From the NCBI GenBank assembly GCA_963663525.2, contig CAXXHC010000001.1:2406525-2470524 (forward strand): 64,000 bases of DNA, in the 5' to 3' direction. The notes beneath the pieces were generated by a model that was given only the letters and a program-made list of their open reading frames with translations, was not told the origin of the DNA and made no database searches. The translations under genes and the position numbers were made by a program. This document shows positions 1 through 8,190 of the stretch, one piece after another; the stretch's first letter is position 1; the number at the start of each line of letters is the position of its first letter. This stretch comes from Myxococcota bacterium. Lineage in GTDB: Bacteria; Myxococcota_A; SURF-8; G963663525.

Positions 1-1
1 T

Positions 2-94
2 TTCCGCGTGGATGCCTTGATTATCGGTGCGAATGGGTTTATCGGTGGTTGTATCGCATCGTTGATGCTGATGAAATGGCGGTTCAAATCCTGA
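2..94 (+). CDS. 3' end of an upstream gene cut by the window edge (hydrophobic tail)
   Basis: Frame 2 is open from the window edge to TGA at 92-94. It reads FRVDALIIGANGFIGGCIASLMLMKWRFKS, which is TM-like. Too short to identify. Confidence 0.25.
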   Translation, partial: FRVDALIIGANGFIGGCIASLMLMKWRFKS

Positions 95-119
95 GAAACG
101 CAAGAGGCGAGGTAGACCG

Positions 120-809
120 ATGCAGGCGAAAGACATACTCAAGCGGCTGGAAAGCATGGCCGAACCTGAACGTAAAAAAGGCATGGCTCGCGTGGGGATT
201 TCCACCGATAGCGCCTACGGGATTGCGGTGCCGAAACTGCGCGAGATGGCGAAGGAAATCGGCAAAAACCACGATCTCGCCCTGGAATTGTGGAAGACGG
301 GCAACCACGAAGCGCGGATGCTGGCGGGGTTCATCGGCGAGCCCGCACGTGTCACAGAGAAGTTGATGGAACAATGGGTGCAGGATTTCGATTCTTGGGA
401 CATCTGTGACCAGGTGGTGAGCAATCTTTTCGACCGCACGCCTTGGGCCTATGCCAAGGCCATGGAATGGAGCGAGCGCGAGGAGGAGTTCGTCAAGCGG
501 GCGGGATTCGCGATGATGGCTTCCCTGGCGGTGCACGACAAGAAAGCGCCGGATGCGGTATTCATGGGACTGTTCAAGTTCATCGCCCAGGCAACGGACG
601 ACGACCGCAACTTCGTGAAAAAAGCGGTGAATTGGGCGTTGCGAGGGATCGGCAAGCGCAATCTCGCGTTGAACGAAATGGCGCTGGCCAACGCATACGC
701 CATTGCGGAATTTCCTTTCAAAAGCGCCCAGTGGATCGCCAAAGACGCCATCCGGGAACTCTCCAGCGAAGCGGTGCAGGAGCGGCTACGTAAAAAAGCG
801 GGACTCTAA
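120..809 (+). CDS. DNA alkylation repair protein (AlkC/AlkD-like HEAT-repeat family)
   Basis: 229-aa ORF starting at ATG 120. The length and sequence pattern (KDILKRLESMAEPERKKGMARVGI...AVPKLREMAKEIG...LELWKTGNHEARMLA) match the family as I remember it. Confidence 0.75.
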   Translation: MQAKDILKRLESMAEPERKKGMARVGISTDSAYGIAVPKLREMAKEIGKNHDLALELWKTGNHEARMLAGFIGEPARVTEKLMEQWVQDFDSWDICDQVVSNLFDRTPWAYAKAMEWSEREEEFVKRAGFAMMASLAVHDKKAPDAVFMGLFKFIAQATDDDRNFVKKAVNWALRGIGKRNLALNEMALANAYAIAEFPFKSAQWIAKDAIRELSSEAVQERLRKKAGL

Positions 810-925
810 GACACAGAAAAGGGAATCGGGACTCGCGGGTCATCTCCCAGGAACTTGTCATCTCGTTACATCTTTTATCGCTCCTATGATTTCGCTTTAA
901 CCCCTTGATTTTTCAAGAAAATTGC

Positions 926-954
926 GTAGGTCGGGTGATTGCTTCACCCGACAC
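926..954. repeat. REP-like GTAG-headed hairpin (family A)
   Basis: GTAGGTCGGGTGATTGCTTCACCCGACAC. GTCGGGTG/CACCCGAC form the stem. The same GTAGGTCGG...CCGAC architecture recurs at 8019, 19612, 23393, 26711, 50368 and 62285. Confidence 0.7.
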
Positions 955-1147
955 TTTTCGAAAATCACCCCTTTTGTCGGATGAAATCATCCGATCTACG
1001 CGGAAATACCGGTTTTCCCCACATTTTAGTTCCCCCTCCCATGCCCTGGGGAATCTCCTTGACATTTTTCGGCAGGACGGGTAGCAAAAATATAGAAATA
1101 GTATTACGCCTCATCGGTCTTGCGCGTTTCCGCCGAAAGGAAGTTCC

Positions 1148-1873
1148 ATGACTCCGGAGATTCTCGCGATTGCCGCCACCGCCGCATTTATCGGTTTCAC
1201 CCATACGTTGATGGGGCCGGACCACTATCTTCCCTTCGTGATGATCGGACGCGCACGGCATTGGAGTCACCTGAAACTTGCCGTAATTACGGTAATTTGC
1301 GGAATCGCGCACGTGCTGTCGTCCGTCGTGCTCGGCTTGATCGGCATTGCGGCGGGCATTGCGTTGGGCAGCCTCGAATCCGTCGAAGGCGTTCGGGGGG
1401 AGCTGGCCAGCTATCTGCTGATCGCCTTCGGTCTGGCGTACGGCGTGTGGGGCATTCGCCGGGGGATGCAGTCGAAACCCCACAGCCACACCCATTTTCA
1501 CACGGACGAAGGCGAGCACGAGCACACCCACGACCACACCCACGCCGATCACAAGCACCTGCACGAGGAAGAGGCGGACTCTTCCAACATCAATGTCAGT
1601 GTCTGGGCCATGTTCATCATTTTCCTGCTCGGCCCCTGCGAGCCGCTGATTCCCCTGGTGATGTTCCCCGCCGCCGAGCATTCGTTCATCGGTGTGGTTC
1701 TGGTGGCCGGAGTGTTCGGCCTCGTGACCGTTACGACGATGACCATCATCGCGCTGGCGCTGTATTCGGGCGTGAAAATCGTCTCGACCGCTTGGATGGA
1801 GCGCTACATCCACGCCATGGCCGGGTTCATCATCGCCCTGTCCGGTTCGGCCATCGCGTTTCTAGGGTTGTAG
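1148..1873 (+). CDS. Polytopic membrane protein with His-rich loop, putative Ni/Co-type metal transporter (NicO/RcnA/UreH-like)
   Basis: ATG at 1148 preceded by GAAAGGAAG. Hydrophobic segments flank a loop HSHTHFHTDEGEHEHTHDHTHADHKHLH. An N-terminal HTLMGPDH motif resembles metal-transporter signatures. Family assignment is by eye only. Confidence 0.6.
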   Translation: MTPEILAIAATAAFIGFTHTLMGPDHYLPFVMIGRARHWSHLKLAVITVICGIAHVLSSVVLGLIGIAAGIALGSLESVEGVRGELASYLLIAFGLAYGVWGIRRGMQSKPHSHTHFHTDEGEHEHTHDHTHADHKHLHEEEADSSNINVSVWAMFIIFLLGPCEPLIPLVMFPAAEHSFIGVVLVAGVFGLVTVTTMTIIALALYSGVKIVSTAWMERYIHAMAGFIIALSGSAIAFLGL

Positions 1874-1998
1874 ACGTTTTTCGACCGGGAAGTATTTTTC
1901 GTAAAAATCCAAGGTCGTGCAGCTTCTTTGCGGGGGTGCCCGAGGACGTTGCCTGATACTATTAACTTGGCAATAATAGCATAGTGCCCAATCAAATC

Positions 1999-2067
1999 GT
2001 CATTCCCGCGAAGGCGGGAATCCATAGTATTTTCAAGGATCTGGACCCCCGTCTTCGCGGGGGTGAC
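1999..2067. repeat. Double-hairpin intergenic repeat (family D, the 'RGND / IPAFAGMT' type)
   Basis: ATTCCCGC-GAAG-GCGGGAAT (2002-2021) and CCCCCG-TCTTCG-CGGGGG (2046-2063). A degenerate inverted copy lies at 8105-8129. Shadow ORFs over these read RLRGNDD / IPAFAGMTI. Confidence 0.6.
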
Positions 2068-2226
2068 ATGAAATGCTCCTGATATATGGTTGCCGGGTTG
2101 ATAGATTTATTTTCCAAACTCCATCTCGGTGTTCCTATCGACAGATTTCCTGAGAATTTCATGTTGGTAATTCCATGTCGGTACTCTATAATGGATGTGG
2201 GAATGGTCCGATATGGAGAAGATGAT

Positions 2227-3138
2227 ATGTGCCGAAGATCCGGAATTGTCGTATTCGCTTTTCTAGCATTTATTTCTACCTTCCTTGCCGCCTGCGACGA
2301 AGACTCCTCGAAAAGCCTTCCCTGGTGGCAGCCCAACACCACGCTTCCTCCCTGTGCCAATGGCGACAGCAAGGCCTGGACCGACGATTCCGCAGTCCTG
2401 AAGCAATGGCAAGACATTTGCTACGGCATCCGAGGGCAAGAGGATGATTTCAAAGAAGGTTATTGTGACAATGGCTGCCAGCTTTGCGGGCCGGTTACGG
2501 TACGATTCGAAGACGGCAACGCCGCCGTGTTTTGTGAGCAGGGAATTGCAGGTGCAATGGGGGGAGCTGCTGTAATCAAAATAACGCCAGACTTTGGATT
2601 TCCAATGTTTTCAGGGAGTAGTACCATTCAACTCCCCACAGGATGGTACAAAGTAGGTTCGGGAGTATTTGAAAATCTAAAAATACTGACATTCTACGAA
2701 CTTGACCAGGGAACCGAGTGGAGTTCCTACACATTGGACTCGATTGTGGACCGAAGCCCTTCCTCCACGGTGTGCGAGACGATTACGGATCTGGAAACAT
2801 GCATCGGCACCCATAACTCTCCCTACCATTGTATGCCGGTCTTCCGTTGGCCGATATACCACGAAGGCGAGACCTGCTCCGTGGAGTTGGACGAAGAGAC
2901 CATCGAAGACCGCATGGACGACATCGGCTTCCTGGCCTGTAGAACGGTCGCAGAACCGGCCCAGAACCCGCTGAATTCATGGCCGGATTACAACGGGGAA
3001 GAAATCCTCGGTGCGGCGCCGACGTACAAAGGCCCGCTTAAAAACACCGCCACGGGCGAATGCGTCGGCTTCGAAGATTTCGAGTTCGCCATTCCCGACG
3101 GATGGGCCAAAGCAAACTGCTCGGAGTGCTCGGAGTGA
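2227..3138 (+). CDS. Cys-rich secreted lipoprotein, paralog 1 of a tandem pair
   Basis: Internal ATG at 2227 gives MCRRSGIVVFAFLAFISTFLAAC-DEDSS (signal plus lipobox). The ORF-track start at 2086 has no signal peptide. 3' 408 bp is 99% identical to the next gene. Confidence 0.8.
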   Translation: MCRRSGIVVFAFLAFISTFLAACDEDSSKSLPWWQPNTTLPPCANGDSKAWTDDSAVLKQWQDICYGIRGQEDDFKEGYCDNGCQLCGPVTVRFEDGNAAVFCEQGIAGAMGGAAVIKITPDFGFPMFSGSSTIQLPTGWYKVGSGVFENLKILTFYELDQGTEWSSYTLDSIVDRSPSSTVCETITDLETCIGTHNSPYHCMPVFRWPIYHEGETCSVELDEETIEDRMDDIGFLACRTVAEPAQNPLNSWPDYNGEEILGAAPTYKGPLKNTATGECVGFEDFEFAIPDGWAKANCSECSE

Positions 3139-3184
3139 TTCGCGAGCTTGCAATTCCATCATGAATGCAAGAAAGGGATGAAAT

Positions 3185-4093
3185 ATGGGTAGAAGTCACA
3201 AGTTTCTTTTTTGGGTTCCATTCCTACTTGCTCCGATTTTCCTCCTCGCCTGCAACGAAGACTCCTCGGAAAGCCTTCCATGGTGGCAGCCCAACACCAC
3301 GCTTCCTCCCTGTGTCAATGGCGACAGCAAGGCCTGGACCGATGATTCCGCCGTCCTGAGTCAATGGAAAGACACCTGCTACGAGATCAGAGGAAGAAGA
3401 GACGATTTCAAAGAAGGCTATTGTGACAAAGGCTGCCAGCTTTGTGGACCGGTTAGGGTACGACTCGAAGACGGTAGATCCGCCGTGTTTTGTGAGCAGG
3501 GAATTGCAGGTTTAACGTCTTCACAGGAAGAAATCAATATTTCGCCGGGTATTGGATTTCCTGAGTTTACAGGGAGTTATTCCACTCAAATCCCTACAGG
3601 ATGGTACAATACAAGATCTGGATTTCAGAATTTTGTTATTCTGAAACAATACGAACTTGAGCAGGGAACCGAGTGGGGTTCCGACACATTGGACTCGATT
3701 GTGGACCGAAGCCCTTCCTCCACGGTGTGCGAGACGATTACGGATCTGGAAACATGCATCGGCACCCATAACTCTCCCTACCATTGTATGCCGGTCTTCC
3801 GTTGGCCGATATACCACGAAGGCGAGACCTGCTCTGTGGAGTTGGACGAAGAGACCATCGAAGACCGCATGGACGACATCGGCTTCCTGGCCTGTAGAAC
3901 GGTCGCAGAACCGGCCCAGAACCCGCTGAATTCATGGCCGGATTACAACGGGGAAGAAATCCTCGGTGCGGCGCCGACGTACAAAGGCCCGCTCAAAAAC
4001 ACCGCTACGGGCGAATGCGTCGGCTTCGAAGATTTCGAGTTCGCTATTCCCGACGGATGGGCCAAAGCAAACTGCTCGGAGTGCTCGGAGTGA
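3185..4093 (+). CDS. Cys-rich secreted lipoprotein, paralog 2 of a tandem pair
   Basis: ATG at 3185 after AAGAAAGGGATGAAAT. Lipobox FLLAC-NEDSS. The C-terminal 135 aa are identical to paralog 1. Confidence 0.8.
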   Translation: MGRSHKFLFWVPFLLAPIFLLACNEDSSESLPWWQPNTTLPPCVNGDSKAWTDDSAVLSQWKDTCYEIRGRRDDFKEGYCDKGCQLCGPVRVRLEDGRSAVFCEQGIAGLTSSQEEINISPGIGFPEFTGSYSTQIPTGWYNTRSGFQNFVILKQYELEQGTEWGSDTLDSIVDRSPSSTVCETITDLETCIGTHNSPYHCMPVFRWPIYHEGETCSVELDEETIEDRMDDIGFLACRTVAEPAQNPLNSWPDYNGEEILGAAPTYKGPLKNTATGECVGFEDFEFAIPDGWAKANCSECSE

Positions 4094-4094
4094 C

Positions 4095-5546
4095 TTACAT
4101 TTCCCTGAGTTCCGCCCGGAAAGGTTCGTCCACGCCTCGGGAATACTCCTCCGCCTGGGCGATGGTCACGTCCGGGGTTTCGTAATACACAATCCTTATC
4201 GCCTGCAAAATCCCGTCGCAGTCGTTCTTCGGGTCGGTGCAGGGGATGCCCAACTGTTCGGAAGACAGAGGGATGGCGCTTCCGCAAGATCCGTAGTAGG
4301 CGTCGTCGCCGTAGCACGGCGGATATTCGGCGGGGTTTTCGTCTACATAATAGCTTTCGATTTTCAATTCCAGGTTGGTGGAATAGCGCTGGATGATGAT
4401 GAGGCCGCCCGGCTCGCCTTGAACCCTCTCCCAGGCGGGCATCGGCCCTTCGATGGCGTCGGCTACGCCGTCGATGATGACTCCTTCCGGGAAGTGTTCG
4501 GTGCTGTAGGTCATGCCGATGGCTTCGGCGCTGAAGTCGAAGTAGTCGTACATACTGGAGATTTCGTGCACGCGCAGATCGGTGATGATGTCCTCGCGTC
4601 CCTCGTAAAACAGGTGGGTGCGTTGGGTGAGCGGACCGCTGTTGGCTCCGACGTAGGAACGGATCGACCGCACCGGTCCCTGTTTGTTGGTGACGAAGGC
4701 GCCCTCGCCGTCGCTGAACGTGACCACCGAGCGGGAGCACAGGCCGGGCAAAAACTGGTCCTGATGAAGATCCAGGATATCCACGCCGCTCGATCCCTCC
4801 GTTTTGATGGCCATGCCGTCGCCGATCCAGCGGTCCGAGAAATGCCGCTCGTATAGCGCGCTTTTGAACCAGCTATCCTCCGGGTTCGGGCCTTCGTGGA
4901 ACCCGTAGTCGTCGGGATAGACGCCGTTTTCCAAGGAAAATTCATAAGTTCCCAACGCATCCGGCTCCGTGACGTCCGCGCCCTCTTCGAGGGTGAACAG
5001 GTACACCCAACCCTCGAAAGAAGCATTGCCCGGATCGGACACTTTCACCTCGATTCCCGAACCCTTTACGCCTTCCGGCAGGGTTTCGTCGCTGTACTCC
5101 ATGCCCGTGTCGCGCGTCATGAAGACGAGTTCGTCGTCTTCGTCGATCCCCGTTTCGGGGTCCGTTCCGGCCAGCGTGTTCGTGTCTGAATAGACGAGCA
5201 GGGACAGGCCCGCGCGGACTTCCTGTTGGTTGTAGATTTCGCGGTACTCCGTTTCGTGTCGTTCGTCCACCTGGAGCGGGATGCGTTCCCATTCGCCCGT
5301 TTCTTCCGACAGACGGTAGGCGGCGAGCGTATCGGGGTCGAAGCCGAGCAGAGGCGTCAGATCCTCACCCGTCACGACGACCGGATCGGCGGGACGTCCC
5401 GGTTGTTCCACCGGGGCTTCCTCGGTCTCGGAAAGCTCCGCTTCCTGGTCGAAATCACCGCTCGTTTCAACCTCGGAATCGTCCTCCGAGCAGGCGAATC
5501 CGACCACGAGCCACATGCAAAAGATGCCTATTGTCCACGCTTTCAT
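4095..5546 (-). CDS. Hypothetical lipoprotein (483 aa) with acidic linker
   Basis: Internal ATG at 5546 gives MKAWTIGIFCMWLVVGFAC-SEDDSE. Coding-like composition throughout. No domain recognised. Its stop lies 1 nt from the stop of the convergent paralog 2. Confidence 0.75.
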   Translation of the reverse strand: MKAWTIGIFCMWLVVGFACSEDDSEVETSGDFDQEAELSETEEAPVEQPGRPADPVVVTGEDLTPLLGFDPDTLAAYRLSEETGEWERIPLQVDERHETEYREIYNQQEVRAGLSLLVYSDTNTLAGTDPETGIDEDDELVFMTRDTGMEYSDETLPEGVKGSGIEVKVSDPGNASFEGWVYLFTLEEGADVTEPDALGTYEFSLENGVYPDDYGFHEGPNPEDSWFKSALYERHFSDRWIGDGMAIKTEGSSGVDILDLHQDQFLPGLCSRSVVTFSDGEGAFVTNKQGPVRSIRSYVGANSGPLTQRTHLFYEGREDIITDLRVHEISSMYDYFDFSAEAIGMTYSTEHFPEGVIIDGVADAIEGPMPAWERVQGEPGGLIIIQRYSTNLELKIESYYVDENPAEYPPCYGDDAYYGSCGSAIPLSSEQLGIPCTDPKNDCDGILQAIRIVYYETPDVTIAQAEEYSRGVDEPFRAELREM

Positions 5547-5714
5547 TCGATCCCCTTTGTCTCGAACCGCTTGTTTTGAATTCATGATAAAAAGTACATG
5601 CGAAGCCGTGAATTGTCAACGTGGAAGAACTTGTTCGAATCGACCTGAGCGGAAATGATAATAGCGTAAAACTCTACTCGAACATTTGTAAACCATTAAA
5701 AGTATAAGGATTTT

Positions 5715-5833
5715 ATCCCCTCTCACTGAGGGAGAGGGTTAGGGTGAGGGTTTTCCATATGGGGTAAAATCCCTCACCCGGTGCTGAAGCACCGGCCTCT
5801 CCCAACGGGAGAGGCAATCGGACCCTTCGGGTC
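5715..5833 (+). repeat. About 115-bp multi-hairpin intergenic element (family B), copy 1
   Basis: Five consecutive hairpins: CCCTCTC..GAGAGGG, GGGTGAGGG..CCCTCACCC, GGTGC..GCACC, CCTCTCCC..GGGAGAGG, GGACCC..GGGTCC. Collinear copy at 50466-50576 and inverted copy at 36431-36547. Confidence 0.85.
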
Positions 5834-6267
5834 CATTCCACATTCGCATTTTTCTATTTCCGTTCGAATCGACCACCGAAGGCGCAAGAGGCTTTCCGCG
5901 CTAACGCGCGGAACACGGTGAATTTCTAAAAAAACGAGGGTTGATTCCGTTTTCCAGGCTTCGTCGGAATCTCGTATTTAGCGTGATTCCGATTCAGACA
6001 TTCCTGTCGTGAGGATTCGGCGGGTTTGCCTTGCGAATTTTCGTCAAAATCCTGAACCCGAAACGATTTCAATAGGTTTTGCGCAATTCCTTCCTTTTCG
6101 TTGAAGTATGACACGATTGTCGCGATTTTTCGTGTCATCGCCACCGAATCTGTGCGAAAAAGGCGATTATCAGGTGAAATCAAGCTTTTCGAAACATGGC
6201 ATAAGGCGTGCATCAAATATGATGCAAATCATCGCCACTGGTTTCACAATCCAAGCAGGAGGAAGGT

Positions 6268-7944
6268 ATGAAAATATCGACGCAGTACTGTATCTGGATG
6301 ACCGTAGGGATGCTAAGCCTGTTCGCATCGGCATGTTTAGAAACATCAACCGACGAAGTTGGGATGAGTGCAAACGGCATGGATCCCTCATCCATGGCCG
6401 GAGATTCCGACACCTCCTGGGGTGGGGATTACGACGGTGAAAGTTGGAGTGGCGAAGTCGAAATGGCTTCGGGCGAAGATGAGATGGCCGCCGAGGAAGA
6501 GCAGGAGCCGCAGCTGGTTTGTCCCGAGGTGCAGGATCCTCTTGTATTGTACCTGAGTGCGGACGACTCCAACTCGATGGCGTCGCCGATCGTCGTGCGC
6601 CAGAAAATCAAGGAGGGAATTCCGATTTATCCCTCCGACATCAGGGTTTACGAATTCTTGAACCGCTACAATTTCAATTACGGCAACCCGGAGAACAAAC
6701 CCGCGGCTGTGGGACTGCAAATGCATCGTGCGCCCGAATCCATGGGAGAGCAGAGCGAAGGCACGTACTCGCTGCTGGTATCCGCCCAGGGGCGAGTGAT
6801 CGAGCCCGGCCAGCGCAGACCGCTGAACATCACCTTCAGCATCGACACCTCCGGCTCGATGGGCGGCCATTCCATCGGCCTGGTCAAAACGGCGCTCAAA
6901 GCGTTTGCCACGGTGCTCGAAGAAGGGGATGTCGTCAGCATGGTGGAATGGGACAGCAGCACCAGCGTGCCTTTGAAGAGCCATGTCGTCACCGGGCCGA
7001 ACGACTCCCGTTTTCTTTCCGCCGTTCGTGGCCTGGAATCCGGTGGCAGCACCGACCTGCACGGCGGATTGGTTCGGGCCTATGAGATCGCTCGGGAGAA
7101 TTTCAGCGCCGATCGCATCAACCGCGTGGTGCTGATGAGCGACGGTGGGGCGAACACCGGAATCACGGATATCGAGATCATCGCCGGGGCGGCGGAAGAC
7201 AGCGATGGCGAGGGCATCTACCTGGCCGGAATCGGGGTGGGTCAGACGGGGTATTACTACGAGGCGCTGATGGACGCCCTGACCGACGCCGGAAAAGGCG
7301 CTTACGTCTTCTTGGACGACGAGGAGGAGGCCTGGCGGCAGTTCGGCAACGCCACGCAGTTTCTTTCCATCATGGAAGTGGCGGCCCGAAACGTGCAACT
7401 CGAACTGACGTTGCCGTGGTATTTCAGCATGAAAAAGTTTTTCGGAGAGGAATATTCGACGAATCCGCTAGAGGTCGAGCCGCAGCACCTCGCGCCGAAC
7501 GACGCCATGAGCTTCTTCCAACTCATCGAAGCCTGTGATTCGCAACTCGTTGAAAATACGGATAAAGTCAAGGCCGTGGCCCGCTTCCTCGATCCGATCA
7601 CGCGGCGTTTGCAGGAAGACGAGATGGAACTGTCGATTGCGGCGTTGCAAAGCCAACCGAACGTCCAGTTGAGCAAGGCCGAGGCCGTGACTCTCTATGC
7701 CCTGGGGTTGGTGGAGATCGGAAAGCTTCAAAACCAGGGTAATTATGAAGGTGCGCTGGAGAAGTCGAGAGAGCTGGAAACCACGCTTACCGCAGCGGCG
7801 GCGAGTCTGGGAGACGAGGAGTTGAATGAAATCGCGGAGTTGGTCGCGGCGCACCGAGGCAACCTGGACGGCAGCCGTCAAAACTACTACAAAATCCTTA
7901 CTCCGCCAATGGACGACTGGCTGCGCGAACACTACGGGGAGTAA
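6268..7944 (+). CDS. von Willebrand factor type A domain lipoprotein (YfbK-like: VWA N-terminal region, VWA, DUF3520-like tail)
   Basis: AGGAGGAAGGT precedes ATG 6268. Lipobox LFASAC. MIDAS motif DTSGSM, then GGSTDL and MSDGGANTG. Overall layout is like YfbK. Confidence 0.8.
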   Translation: MKISTQYCIWMTVGMLSLFASACLETSTDEVGMSANGMDPSSMAGDSDTSWGGDYDGESWSGEVEMASGEDEMAAEEEQEPQLVCPEVQDPLVLYLSADDSNSMASPIVVRQKIKEGIPIYPSDIRVYEFLNRYNFNYGNPENKPAAVGLQMHRAPESMGEQSEGTYSLLVSAQGRVIEPGQRRPLNITFSIDTSGSMGGHSIGLVKTALKAFATVLEEGDVVSMVEWDSSTSVPLKSHVVTGPNDSRFLSAVRGLESGGSTDLHGGLVRAYEIARENFSADRINRVVLMSDGGANTGITDIEIIAGAAEDSDGEGIYLAGIGVGQTGYYYEALMDALTDAGKGAYVFLDDEEEAWRQFGNATQFLSIMEVAARNVQLELTLPWYFSMKKFFGEEYSTNPLEVEPQHLAPNDAMSFFQLIEACDSQLVENTDKVKAVARFLDPITRRLQEDEMELSIAALQSQPNVQLSKAEAVTLYALGLVEIGKLQNQGNYEGALEKSRELETTLTAAAASLGDEELNEIAELVAAHRGNLDGSRQNYYKILTPPMDDWLREHYGE

Positions 7945-7967
7945 GTCCCCAAAAGGTACGTTATTTC

Positions 7968-8001
7968 AAGCACCTGCGGGAAACCGCAGGTGCTTTTTTG
8001 T
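7968..8001 (+). terminator. Rho-independent terminator of the VWA gene
   Basis: AAGCACCTGCGG-GAAA-CCGCAGGTGCTT followed by TTTTTG. Confidence 0.85.
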
Positions 8002-8018
8002 GTTGGGAGAGAGTAGGA

Positions 8019-8093
8019 GTAGGTCGGATAGATTCTTTTTCCGACAATTTTCTGCACATTTCGTGGGTGCCGGATAACAAGTTATCCGGCCTA
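8019..8093. repeat. REP-like element (family A variant), two hairpins bracketed by GTAGG...CCTAC
   Basis: GTAGGTCGGATAGATTCTTTTTCCGAC...GCCGGATAACAAGTTATCCGGCCTAC. The 3' half resembles enterobacterial REP (TTATCCGGCCTAC). Confidence 0.65.
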
Positions 8094-8104
8094 CTTTGGA
8101 TACT

Positions 8105-8129
8105 GGATTCTCGCCTTCGTGGGAATGAC
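8105..8129. repeat. Family D hairpin, degenerate inverted copy
   Basis: GGATTCTCGCCTTCGTGGGAATGAC is approximately the reverse complement of the 2002-2025 unit. Confidence 0.5.
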
Positions 8130-8190
8130 ATTTGTGTTGAATTGGGGCTTGTTTTCTGAATTTCCCCACATTTTCATTCACGCCCCTGCA

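Noticed and set aside
1059-1087. Promoter (TTGACA-17-TAGCAA) and possible Ni/Co riboswitch ahead of the His-rich metal transporter
   Set aside because: The -10 is weak, and I could not recognise the NiCo (czcD) aptamer core. Left unannotated.
2560-3685. Diversity-generating retroelement as the source of the variable central cassette in the lipoprotein paralogs
   Set aside because: No reverse transcriptase, template repeat or adenine-specific mutation pattern is visible in the window.
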